This document shows, piece after piece, positions 24,005 to 36,000 of a stretch of DNA of 64,000 nt. Each line of letters opens with the position of its first letter. Within the stretch, counting starts at the first letter, position 1. Below the pieces are notes generated by a model, which worked only from the letters and a program-made list of their open reading frames with translations, was not told the DNA's origin and ran no database searches. This stretch comes from Sminthopsis crassicaudata (Eukaryota). Both the position numbers and the translations under genes were made by a program. The stretch spans positions 324,454 through 388,453 of the forward strand of contig NC_133619.1 in assembly GCF_048593235.1 (NCBI RefSeq). The letters run 5' to 3'.

Positions 24005-27000
24005 TCAGAAGTTCACGTGGTTCCGGATGTCGTTTATCTGCTTCACCATCTCCCGGATGTGCTCGCCCCTGAAAAAGCGGCGCGGGTGAGGCTTCCGGCC
24101 CGGCCGCGGCCCCGCCCCCCGGCCCGGCCGGCACTCACTCTTCCTTCAGCACGGTCCGGATGCACTTGCGCTGGTAGGCGCTGAGCGTGATGGTGGGCTT
24201 CTGCGGGCTCGTGCCCCTCTCCATCTTCCTCTGCTGGTAGTCCTTCTTCATGGTGACCTGGGCGGGGCAAGCCTGGTTCGGGCCGTCCCCGGGCCCCGCC
24301 CCGCCGCCCCGCCCCTCCCGGCCGCCCCGCCCCCGCACCTGCTTGATGGCGTTGCCCAGGTGCCGCAGCTGGTCCGGGATCAGCTGGAGCTCCTTCTTCA
24401 TCTCCCTCTCGCTGTCCGAGAGCACGGGGAGCTGCGAGTGGAAGCTGCGCAGCAGCTGCTTCATCCTTCCTCCGAAAGAAGGCCCAGGCTTGCCTCGGGC
24501 GGCCCCGGCCCCGCCCCCAGCCCGCCCGCCCCGGCGCCCCGCCCCCACCTGTTCATGAGGTCCTCCTGGCGCTCCTTGGCCTCCTCGTACTTGTCCGCCA
24601 GGCGCTCGGCCGTCTCCCGGAGGCTCTTCCTGGGGAGGGACGGGAAGGAGGCCGCTGGGCGCGCGCCCCGCCGGGCTCCGCCCCGCCGCTCTGGGCTCCG
24701 CCCCCTAGGCCCCGCCCTCCCCGCCCCCACCTCTCCTCCCCCGCCCCCACCTCTCCTCCCGACAGTAGCTCAGGTCTTCCAGTTGCTTCTTCTTCTGGCT
24801 ACATAACAACTTCACCCTTTAAGAAGGAGGCAAAGGTCATGGGGGTCGTCGTCGTTCCCTCCCCCCTCCCCCCGGCCGTGCCCCCCCTCCGGCGCCCGGT
24901 CCCACCTGCGCTGGATCTCCTCCTTGGCCAGGTCCTGCTTCAGGATGTACTCGTCCCGGAACACCTGGGTGGCCCGGCTGAGCAGCTGGAGGCACTCTTC
25001 CGGAGGGGCGCCACGTCCTTGTCCGCGGATCTTGGAGGGGAAGGGGGGAGCCCATTAGGCCCGCCGCCCCCCGCCAGGGCCGCGCCAGCCCGCCCTTCCA
25101 ACACGCTCCCGCGCGGGGAGAGCCCTGGAGTCGACAGGCGGAGTCCGCCGGGTCCGAGGCCGGATCCCTGTGTTCCTGGGGCACGGGCGCCGGCCTCCTG
25201 CCCGCCAGGGCCGGCCTCGCCCGTCTCCACGGCCCCACTTCCCGCCGTACTTGAGAAAGACCGGGTTGGCGGCGCTGCGCTGCAGGGTGCTCCGGATGTG
25301 TTTCTCAAAGGAGTCCTGGGTTTCCGCCAGGATGCGCAGGGGAGACTGGGCCACGCCGACGTCCTCGCGGGCGCACAGCAGAGGAGGGGAGGTGGGGTGC
25401 ACCGTGCTCCTGGGGGGGGCACACGGTCGGTGGAGATGCCGGACCGGGGGTCTCCCCGCCCCTCCCCGGGCAGATACTTACAGCAGAGGCCGGGTGAGGC
25501 ACTCGTAGGTGTTGGTGATGCACACCATGGTGGGCCCCAGGACGTCGGACACGATCCAGAAGCCTCGGATGGGCGCCGGCCGCCTGGGGAGACAACGGGT
25601 ATGAGCCCGCCGGGCGCTTACCCGCAGGGCAGGGCCTTACCCGCAGGTCAGGGCCTTGGGGCAGAGGCCGGCCCCGCCTGGCGCTTACCCACAGGCCGGG
25701 CGCTTACCCGCAGGCCGGGCGCTTACCCGCAGGTCAGGGGATTGGGGCAGAGGCCGGCCCCGCCTGGCGCTTACCCGCAGGCCGGGCGCTTACCCGCAGG
25801 CCAGGGCCTTACCCGCAGGTCAGGGGCTTGGGGCAGAGGCCGGCCCCGCCGGGCACTTACCCACAGGCCGGGCGCTTACCCGCAGGTCAGGGGATTGGGG
25901 CAGAGGCCGGCCCCGCCGGGCACTTACCTGCAGGGCAGGGGCTTGGTGCAGAGGATGTGCTCCACGTAGCACTTCTGCTCGGCGGCGAGTTCCTGCAAAC
26001 TGTCTTTATCTTCCTCATCTGCCAAGAGACAAGTGGCGTCCAGGGGCCCGCCCCTCCCCCTCCCCGGCCACAGCGCTCGGGGCTCCCTCCCTCACGGCCG
26101 CCCTTGCGGAACTCACCGGAGCCGAGGAACTTGTGAAGTTTGTGGATCCAGGTCAGCCCCACGCTGTGGACGCCGGCCTCATGGGTGCAGTGGTACCGGG
26201 AAGGACATTTGGGGTCTGCAGGGAGAGGGGAGGTGCTCCTGAGGCAGCCCCGGTGCCCGACAGGTCCACAGGGCCCCCTCAAGCCCCGATTGTGTGGGCA
26301 GTACCCCGGTCTGATCTCTTCCGCCTGCATTCCTCCCAGATTTCAGTCAGAGGAGGGCTCCCAGCCCATGACCCTCAACCACGTGACCCCCTCCCAAACC
26401 AACCAGCTCCCTTTCCTCCTCTCAAAGTGGGCACTGGCGCTCGCCTTCCTGGCACTGTAGGGGCAGGGCAGGAGCCGGAAGCATGTTTGGGTTCCCTCTG
26501 ACCACCCTCAAGCCACAGCTGGCCCCGGGTGACCCCATCACGGATTCAATGACCTCGTGCCAGACTCTCGGATCTCCCTAAATGCCCCGAGCTCTAGTGG
26601 AGTCCAATGTGTCCAGGACTCCTCGCCCCCCCCCCCTTCCCCCACCCCTGCAATCCAATATGGCGCCAAGGCCCACCAACTCCGCCTCCATGCCTCTCTC
26701 CGATATGGCCCCTCCACTCCTCGAACCCTTGTCCGCCTCCCCCAACCTCCACACGCCCCCTGGGCCACAACCTCCAATGGCTCTGAGGCCTTGAGGGTTC
26801 ATACAAAAAGCCAGTTGGCATTTGGAGCCCTTCCTCCCGGCCTCTGGGGGGACCCTCACCTCTGTGCAGCTTAATGGGGCAGGAGAAGTCGGCCTCGAAG
26901 GGGTCGTCCTCCTCCTCCCCGGAGGCCAGCTTCAGGGCCAGCTCCAGCTCCACACACTCGAACACGTAGAGGGAAGGGATGAGGTCGGCCCGCGAGTCCC

Positions 27001-30000
27001 AGGACTTCTCTGACTGCGGAGGGGCGAGTGCGTGTCCTCGGAGGACCCGAAACCCCCCTTCATTCAAGAATTCCCCGAGCCCCTCGGAAAGGGTGTTTCC
27101 TGCGGGCCCCCCATCCCCGGGGTCCTTGACCTGTCCCTGCTGTGACCCGAGAATGCCGCACCCGGGAGGCCAGCCCTGCCCGAGGGCACTCACGTGCTGC
27201 TCGTCCTCCTCCTCCCCCTCGAGCACCACGCAGTGGTACAGCATGCCCGACTCGGTGGCGATGACCAGGATGTTGGGCACGCAGGGCAGGCAGAGGATGG
27301 CGCAGGCGTCGTAGCCATAGTTGTCCTCGGCGGCCGGGTGCATGGGCAGGGGCCCCAAGAGCTTTCCCAGGGTCCCGAGGCTGGGGAAACAAAAGCGGGC
27401 TGTGGGGACGGTCGCCCTCGGGGCATCTCCAGGACCATGGCGGACCGGGACCCAGTGACCTGGTGTTCGCCTGTCTTTCCAGCCGGACTGCCCCATCTTT
27501 CCAGGCCTCTGTGCCCGTAAGAGAGCTGTCTGTGGGCACGGGGCTGGGCACAAAGTAGGCATTTCACAAAGTCTGAACTAAACTAGCCATCATCCAACGT
27601 ACCCACGTTACTCCTCTGCCCTCGATCCAAGAGCGTGGGCTTTAGGCTCCCCCTCCCCAAGGCTGGGGGCGCATGCCCCAGTCTCCTCAGAAATCTCAGT
27701 AGTGACCCCGCCCCCCCTCGGCGTTTGTCAGGGAGCTGTCCCTTGTACCGAAGAGAAACGCTCAAACCCGGCCAGTCAAGAGCGCTTCTCCTGGGTTTTG
27801 CAGCGGGTCCCTGGGCCAGAGAGCCGAGGCGGAATCGGGTGAGTGGGAGTTGCCAACGGGCTGCCCACCGTCACCCCCTTGGACACCGGTACACCCCAAT
27901 GATAAATATCAACGAAGCTCCACTGTGCAAAGCACCTTCCATCTGACTCTTTCAACCACAGCCACTGTCCCCACTTTACAGATGAGGAAACGGAGGCAGG
28001 CACCAGGGGGAGCCGAGTCTTCTGGGCCTGCCGGGACAGCACGGGGCAGTCGGGAGGATCCGAGTTCCCATCCGGTCTCAGGGACGCTGGGCAAGTCATT
28101 CCAACGTGCGCCTCTGTCGAACGAGCTGGGGAAGGTGACCCAAAGGGGTCCCAGAGTCCAGCGAGCTTCGGATCGCTGCGGGACGCGCCTGCCTGTCTCC
28201 AACCCCCTCGGATACGGTCACGAAAGGTCAGTCGTCTTGGACAAGATGCAGTGGGTCCCAGTAAAAAACGGAGTGAAAGGCTTCCGTGCACACTCAGCCC
28301 CTCAGGTCTCTCGGAGGCTGACGGCCCTTGGGGACGGTCTGGGGGCCGCGTCCCGCCGGCCCTGCCGCAGCGGGTCCCAATCTGCCACCATTGCCGGTCC
28401 CAGCTTGGGGTCCCCGGGTGGGCGCTCCTCCGATTTCCCTTTCTCAGACACCGCAGAGAGAGCTGCCATATGATCGTGGGACAAAGGTCCTCCGGGCACA
28501 GGCCCGAGTTGCTCTCCAGCTCTGTTCCCAACAGTCAGTTGGCCACCCCTTGGTCCCCATCACAGGCCGCTTGTGCACTTCCTGGACCTTGCCTCGCACA
28601 GGCGGGAAGCCCGCTTTCTGAGACCTCCTGGTCGGCACCAGGGGGAGTGGGACCCCCCTTCTGCAGTCAGTCGACCCTCAGCGTTCATGACTCGACGCCT
28701 TTATCTCATTTTATCGATCCCTTTGCTTTCACTCAGTGTCGGCAACTTCCATCTTTCTAATAAAAGATCAGTCCTGGGCAGTGGTGGGAGTCTAACTTCC
28801 TACTCTCCACAGGTTCAATGACCCCTGCATCTCTGACCTTTGCACTACCCTGTCACCAGCGGGGGAACCACAGAAGGCAGTGGGCCAGCAGGGACATTGG
28901 GCAAGTGGATGCTCAACCCGCAGCCTTCTTCCCTGCCCTCTAGGCTGGCTCCTTGGTGCAGAAGGGCTGTGCTTCAAAGCGGATGGTGGGTCCTACACGT
29001 GACCTTTCCAGTCCTTCCCCATCCTGTCTGCCGCCTCCTGGCGCTCTCCAGGATTTCCACGTGCTTCCTCGGCTGGAATCTCCCCACCCCCATCTTTTTC
29101 TGGTAAGGCTCCCTGGTGGACCCCCGGCCTCCCCCTAGGGAGGCCAGCCCAGCTTACCTTTGCATCAGACTCACATAGGTAAGGAAGGTCTCCCCGTTCT
29201 CGTACAGGATGTACAGCGGGTAAGCCAGCACCTCCTCCTGGCTGCGCTGCCCAAAGACGTTTTTGGGCACTGTGGCCAGAGGTCCGAAGTCAAAGGCGAC
29301 GGCCGTCTCCCCGAGGGACGCCGTGTACGCCCTCCTAGAAGGCGGACAGACAAGAGAGAGCATCTCAGGGAGAGACCGTGGGCCCGGCCGGGTTCTGGGG
29401 CCGTTCAGAGCAGAGGGGAGGGACGAGGGATGAGGAGCGGCCAGAGGCTGGTCTGGCAGGGAGCCACCTCACAAATGGCCTTCCATGACAGGCAGGAGAG
29501 TTTCTGTCGATTTTAGCTGGGCAGGAGGTTTATCAAGGAAGGGAGGACGTGGCCCACCATGAGCTTTAGAAAAAGCCCTTGGAGGGGGAAGAAAAAAGAA
29601 CTTATGAATACAGAAAACCCAGCATAGAGGGAAAGAAATCTGCCCCACTCCCCATCCCCTGCAGACAAACACAATCTCCAATGACCAACCACTACTGCCA
29701 GGAGAAAGACCCTCCCCTCCAAGGGCAGGAGAGCCCAGCACGGGGGGCAGGCAGGGCAAAGGCCGAGAGACTGGAGAAGCAGCAGAGGAGCAGACAGCGG
29801 GTGGGTGAAAGGGAGATGAAGGCTGACAGGGAATCTGATCCCGAAGAGATTCGAGATGCACAGTCAGTCAGTCGGCCACAGTCCGCTGGGCGCCACTGGC
29901 CACAGCCAGGACCGAGTGAGACAGCAACGTGGTCGGGCTGGGCTGCAGAGGACCACGGAGGGTCTCTGATGCGATTCTGCTACTGCTGGGCAGGGGGACG

Positions 30001-33000
30001 CCCTCAGAGCCGCAAGCTTACAGCCACACGCTACAGCCCAGAACAGGTGAAGGCCGCTCCCTCCTCTCAAGTCACCGGTCACATAAGCATCCACGACAAA
30101 AACTGATCCCCGAAACCCTGCCAGCTCCCGATGGCTCAAGTCTTTAAGCACAGATGACCTTGAGCTCAAGGGGGCCAAACCCCACCCACCCCCATCAGGC
30201 CCTCAGCCAGATCCGCTCAGTCCCAAGGAGGAGCCGGAACCCAGGGACCCACAGGGGGTGTGAGAGTGGAGCCTCAGTCTCCTCACCAGTAAAATGGGGC
30301 AGGCCTCAAGGGTCTAGAAGGGGAGGGAAGAGTTCTTTTTACAGGTATTATCTCATTCAAAGTTCTCTCTAGGGTGCCCCCCCCCCACAATGGACAGTGG
30401 TTGGCTTCCATTGAACTCCTCCAGTCTTTGGCCCCTGAGCCCACAGACACACAAAAGGAAATGGGGTCTCAGCCCTTGGGATCACAAGTTGTCCTGTGGG
30501 GTTGAGGGGGTGAAGTGAATCTGTCACATTCGAGAGTCAGACCCCAGACCTGGGGGGCCTCTCAGCTCCTACCCAGAAGACAAGGATGAGCCTGGGAAGG
30601 CAGCTGACTGTTCCCCTTCCTCTGGCCTTGACCCGGGGGTCCTGATGTAGACATTCATGGCCGGTGCCCCACCTCTCAGACTCACCCTTTGTTAAGGATC
30701 AAACTTTCCTCCTCAGCATCAGACAGAGGGATCACCTTCACTGGGATCTGGGGCTCTCGCAGACAATAGATTCTGGAATTAGTGCCCAAGGAGAGAAACC
30801 AAGCACAAACATGAGATCCCATATTCCCTCCCCCCTCCCTCCCCCGATATAACAGCACTCCATCGTCTCCCAACATCTTCCAGTCTCACCAACTCCCCCA
30901 CCCCAGTCTTCTGTCCAGAGCCCTTCCTGCTCTAGAAGGATGGTGTGGGGATGGGGAACCTCCCTCCTGTGCCCTTTATCTGCAGTCACTTGCCCACACC
31001 TCAGAGACTAGGACTTTGGGCAAACAAAATGATCTCCACCCCTAGGAGTCCCTTCTCTCCTCACCTTCTCTACGGGGATCTCTTCCATCCCCTAAAAACA
31101 GACTCAGGCTCATCCAAGCCTTTTAAAAAAATAAGAAATCCCTAATCTCTTCCACTCATGAAAAGTAGTCTCTTTCCTTTCACAATGAAACTCAATTTTG
31201 CAAAAATTGCATAGAAATTGTCCCCCCACTACCATCAGTTCTATTCCCTCTTGCATCATTCCCTCTTCCATTATGACAAAGAATAAATGGAACCGTTCAG
31301 GACATGCGGCACTCTTTGCCATCATCCCCCACATTGGCAAAGCAGGGAAAGACAAGACCATGCGTCATCCGTCCTACTTAGCCAAACACAGTGCCCACTG
31401 AACTCCTGGTGGCCAGTCTGAAGTTTCCCTGGTGCTACATCTTCAACCCTCCCAAGTTTCATCCTGGCTTCTTCTGTCTCTGGGTGATCACTGTCCTCCT
31501 TAAGCTCCCTCCCCCCATCCCTCCCTGATGAGAGTGACTCTAACCTTGATACTTTAGGGAAATCATCTTGGCAGCTCAATAGAGGATAAAAAAGAGGGGA
31601 AAGCCTGCAGGGAGGAACAATGGTCCAGATGACACCACAGTTGTGAGCCTAAAGGAGGAGGAGAACAGTGCGGCCCTTCCCAGTAACTGGGAAGACGAGG
31701 AGGAAATGTTTGGGGAGGGTGAGGGGGGTGAGGGAGGAGATGAACTTAAAATGCTTCAGTTGATTATCACTTTTCTATCCATGTCTTGTTTGTAGAAAAT
31801 AGGATTTTAGCCAAGACTTGAAAGAATCCAGGAGGCAGAGATAAGGAACCATACTCCAAGCATCCGAGAGCCAATGAGAGAAGAAGAAAAGCCAGGAGGC
31901 CAGGGTAGCTGGGTCAAAGTGAGTGTGTCAAGAAGTAAAGCCCAAGGACACTGGAAAGGGAGGAAGAAGTGAGATTATGCAGGGCTTTGAAAGTCAGAGG
32001 ATTTTAGGGAAAGGGTTATTTAACTCCTAGAGACAGGGCGTCCATGGAGGTTACTGAATAAAGGAAGGCAGACTCCCCTTTCCCCCCAAGCTGCTAAGGT
32101 GACAGGAGCCTGCACCTACAGAGATGATGAGATGGGTAAAAAGGTGAAATCGATTAAGAGATCCTCAGAGGAAATGACAAGAGATGCTGCCAGGGGTGAA
32201 ACTGACAAAAGATTCCACAGAGGTGAAATTGATCAGAAATTTGGAAGAGTTGAACTGACAAGAGATGTTGCAAGGGTGAAACTGACAAAAGATCCCCGAA
32301 AAGGTGAAATCCACAAGCCTTAAAACCATTTTAGATATTGGGGAAGGGAAGATTTGAGAGAGATGATTCCAAAGGTGGGGAACCTGGGGACTATGAGGGT
32401 GGGGCTGAACAGTAATGGGGAAGGTAGTAGGGAGGATGTCTGTTGGACATCAAGTTCAAGATGTCTGAAAAGCAGTTGAAGATGCGATTAGAAGACAGCA
32501 GATTTCGCTTTTGTTGTTTATTTTTTTCTTTCAAGGATTATCCCCCTTTTTCTGACTTTTCTCTCCCAACATGATTCATGAAAAACGTTTATTTAAAAAA
32601 AGTCAACATACACATATAATCAGAAAAAAGACTAATTAAGAAAAAAAAAAGTCAGAAGAGAGATTGGGGCAGAAAATGTAAATTGGAAACTTTCAGCAGA
32701 GCTGATGAGATCACCCAGTAAAGAGGAGAGAAGGTTAAGAGGCTTAGATCCAGTGAAGGAGTGGTCCAAGGAGGATGAGAACCAAGAGCATATCAAGGAG
32801 GAAAAAGTTCCCGGTAGCAGCCTTCAAGGCCACTTCTCTGTCAAGGACAGTAAGGATCGCTCACTGATGACTTTGGAAAGAGCATCCTCCAAGAAACAAC
32901 AGCACAAAGACTCCAATGGAGAGCTCCAGGACTATATGCTCACTGCTGTGTGGTTTTTCACATTTTTACTAAAGTCTTGGGCAAAAGTGTATGACCTGCA

Positions 33001-36000
33001 GGCGACTCAAAGCCAGGAAGAGAACTCTTGCCCTGAAGAACAAATTAGGACTTTGGGTCAACTCAAATACAAAGAAAGTTGACAGGAAGAGTCTGGCCAC
33101 ATATGAACCCCCTAACAAAAAGGCCAGCAAACCTTCAAGGCCCACAAAGGCCTTGTCCGAGTCTCCCTGTGGTCTGGAGACATACCTGGCTAGAGAAGCC
33201 CGAGCTCCAGAAGGTTCGACCAGGCTGGAAAAACTAGGGAACCCCATGGTCAGACTCCCAAGAGGCCTGTGCCCTTCTCCTCCGACAGGCCTGGTGTAGG
33301 CCATCTGTAAGCCTAGCTCTAGGTCCTCCACATAGGAGATCCTCGCCTGCCAGCCAATCTCTGAAGGCCTCACCCTCCCAGTTTCAGCTGAACAGTCCCG
33401 GGCTGGATCACAGGCAGCTTCTAATCTCCTTCCAGAGGGTTTATCCATGTCCCTTCAAGTCAGAGCCTCAGCCAGTGCTCTGAGGGCCCTCCCTGAAGGA
33501 GGGATCCAACTCTACAATGCCGATTCTCTCACTACCAGTGAAACCCAGAGACAAAGGAGCGGGAGGGGTAGGGGAAGGCCAGCTCATGCCTCGGCGAGGC
33601 AAATGCTGAATGCAAAGGCAACAGCAAGGAACATCACGTCATGGTTTGGGGAGGGGGAGGGAGGTTGCATGGACACAACCATCCTCTTCTCTCCTAACTC
33701 TCTTCATCTCCCAGGCTCCTGGGAGGCTCCAGAAATGCTCAGTTCTCCCATGGCTCCTGACCAGAGGTCTTCTGAAGGAAGCCCTTCTCTTCCCTTCCCT
33801 CTATAGCTGGCTCCCCCTGAGGAGATCCAAGCTGCGGCATTTTTCAGCCATCAGGACCAGCCCTTACCGGATCACGTTGTCTGACGTCAGCAGTACCACG
33901 TGGGGGTCTAGCACTTCACTTGGGTACCAGGCGGCGTGCTTCAGGCTCAAGGAGGGGGAGCTGCTGAAGAACCTCTCAGCTATAGGAGTGGTGCTATAAG
34001 ACAAGAAACATCATTGACCCTCCCAAAACAACAGGCCAAAAACTTTGCTTTTGACGGGTATCCAAAGACAAGATATCAGACTTTAAAGAACAAAACATCA
34101 CTGCTGTGTTTAAATCACGAATTCTGCCAAAAACACAAGCAAAAGCTTTCCCACCATCAACAAAACTGCCCCTGCCCACACGCAGCCTGCACGACCCCTG
34201 CCTTAAAACACTCACCTACATGTGCCAGAAATGACCCAGATCAAAACCTGATGGAAGATCCAACTTACCTACAATTTACCGTTGATTTCCCACCTTCAAA
34301 TTCAGAATTCTTCCCCCATCGTTTAGGCAGCTCTAAGACGGTGAGTCCCTTGGTTCCAATAAGTGCCACATGATGGTGAGTTGGACTTAACAGGACTTGG
34401 TAGACTTCAAACAGGGGCGGATTTATACAAAGCAATCTCTGGAAATTAGAACAAGCTAGAATTAACGTTGATGGGAAAATGTTAGTTATTTGGTAGTGGA
34501 GAAAGACCCATACGTGTGGTCCCAGAGGACTGGCGTGCTGGGTGCTAACTCAATAAAACTCTCTCCCGTTTATTAGTCAAGAGAAGGCAGAGAAGTTGCT
34601 CTTAGTTGGTGCAAGGAGGGCAAAGCTGCTGTTGCAGCCTGGCCAGGCCGGAGCGCTCTGTGTTCTGGCCTCCCCTCCCCTTCTGCCCTTGGCCAGCAGC
34701 AGCTCCTCCTCGGTTACCCAAAGGAGTTCCGCCTACAAGTCCTTGGCCTCGGCAGTGGGTCGGACTGATCTCCGGGAGGAGAAGCAGCAGAACAAGTGCT
34801 GCGATCCCGGTGACTGCACAGACCCGGCCCGGACACCAAATCCCTTCCTCTCCGGACCTTTTCTCCTCAACAGAGCGCGGGCTGAGGCGGCCTCCAAAGT
34901 GCCAGATCTCCTATGGCAATGGTTTAAAAAAAAGTTCAAATTCTCTCCCTCCCAGCCCAGACCGTTACTGATCCAATTGCAGGCACGAATCTTCACCTGG
35001 CGCGAGAACCCCCTGCTTCAGCCTGGCTCGGCGCTCCCTCTGCAGCTCCGCACAGCCCGCTTTCCCGTCCCCTCCCCCGGGGGCGCCATGGGAAAGGAGG
35101 AAGGCGGGGACTAGGAGAGCGCTGCCCGCCTCGCCCGTAATCTCCAAACTGAGGGGGCAGAAAAGCCCACCGGAGGGCCGGGAGTCCCCGCCACTAGGCC
35201 GGCGTCACCAGCCCCGGAGGTCCCGGATGGGAGAGCCCGCGACAAGAAGCTACCCCAGGCCCAGGGGCCGCAGGCTGCTTTCCCGGCGTCAAACTGTGCG
35301 TCTGCGCGCTAAAGCCTGGGGCAGGGGAGAAAGCTCTGGGCCCTGATTTTCTGGCCGAGTGACCTTGGCCAGGTCACTTCACCCCGTCTGCCTCAGTTTT
35401 CCCATCTGCAAAATGAGCTGGAGAAGAAGAAGCAACCCCCCTCAGGGTCTCTGCCAGGAAAACCCCAAACCGGGTCACTGACTCGACAGAAACAGAGGGG
35501 CGGGAGGCCGGACAGAAGGGCCTCTGGAAGAGCTTTTCATGCAGGTTCCGTGCAGGCGCACTCCAGCTCCGGTAAAAGCCTAGTTCCTACTAGTGCCTAG
35601 CAACAAGCCCCGCCTGGCGCACTCTCCCGCAGGCGCAGTCCGGCACCGCCGTTACCTGGTAGCGACTCAGGGCGGGGCCCTCGCCTCCGCCTCCAACTAC
35701 TCCTCCACTGCTGCCTCCGCCTCCACCGCTGCCGCTGCCTCCGCCTCCACCGCTCCCTCCGCCTCCGCCTCCGCCGCTGCCTCCGCCTACGACGCTGCTC
35801 CCGCCACCTCCGCTCCCGTCGCTGGGGGCGGGACCTGGGCCGCGCAGGCGCACTGCCAAGAAAGCGCCGGCTGCACCATCCCACAGGAAGAGTTCAGCAC
35901 CGAGCCCAAAGAGAAGGTTCCGAGTAAGGGTAGGTGGGCTCGGCTGCTCGGCACTCGGCGCAGGAGGGCTCTGGTCCCGCAGGCCCTCGCGTAGCCGCAC

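Noticed and set aside
17494-27562. Numerous long overlapping ORFs on both strands (e.g. 24839-25969, 25656-26501, 20785-21624)
   Set aside because: They are explained by very high GC content (few stops) and by read-through or antisense frames of RABEP1/NUP88 exons.
32142-32312. CRISPR-like repeat/spacer appearance
   Set aside because: The repeats are degenerate, the variable parts are only ~10 nt, there are no cas genes, and the context is a mammalian intron.
32985-33516. Possible second LTR in NUP88 intron 3
   Set aside because: The sequence is LTR-like and has a TACA end at 33516, but I could not find a matching start with a target-site duplication.
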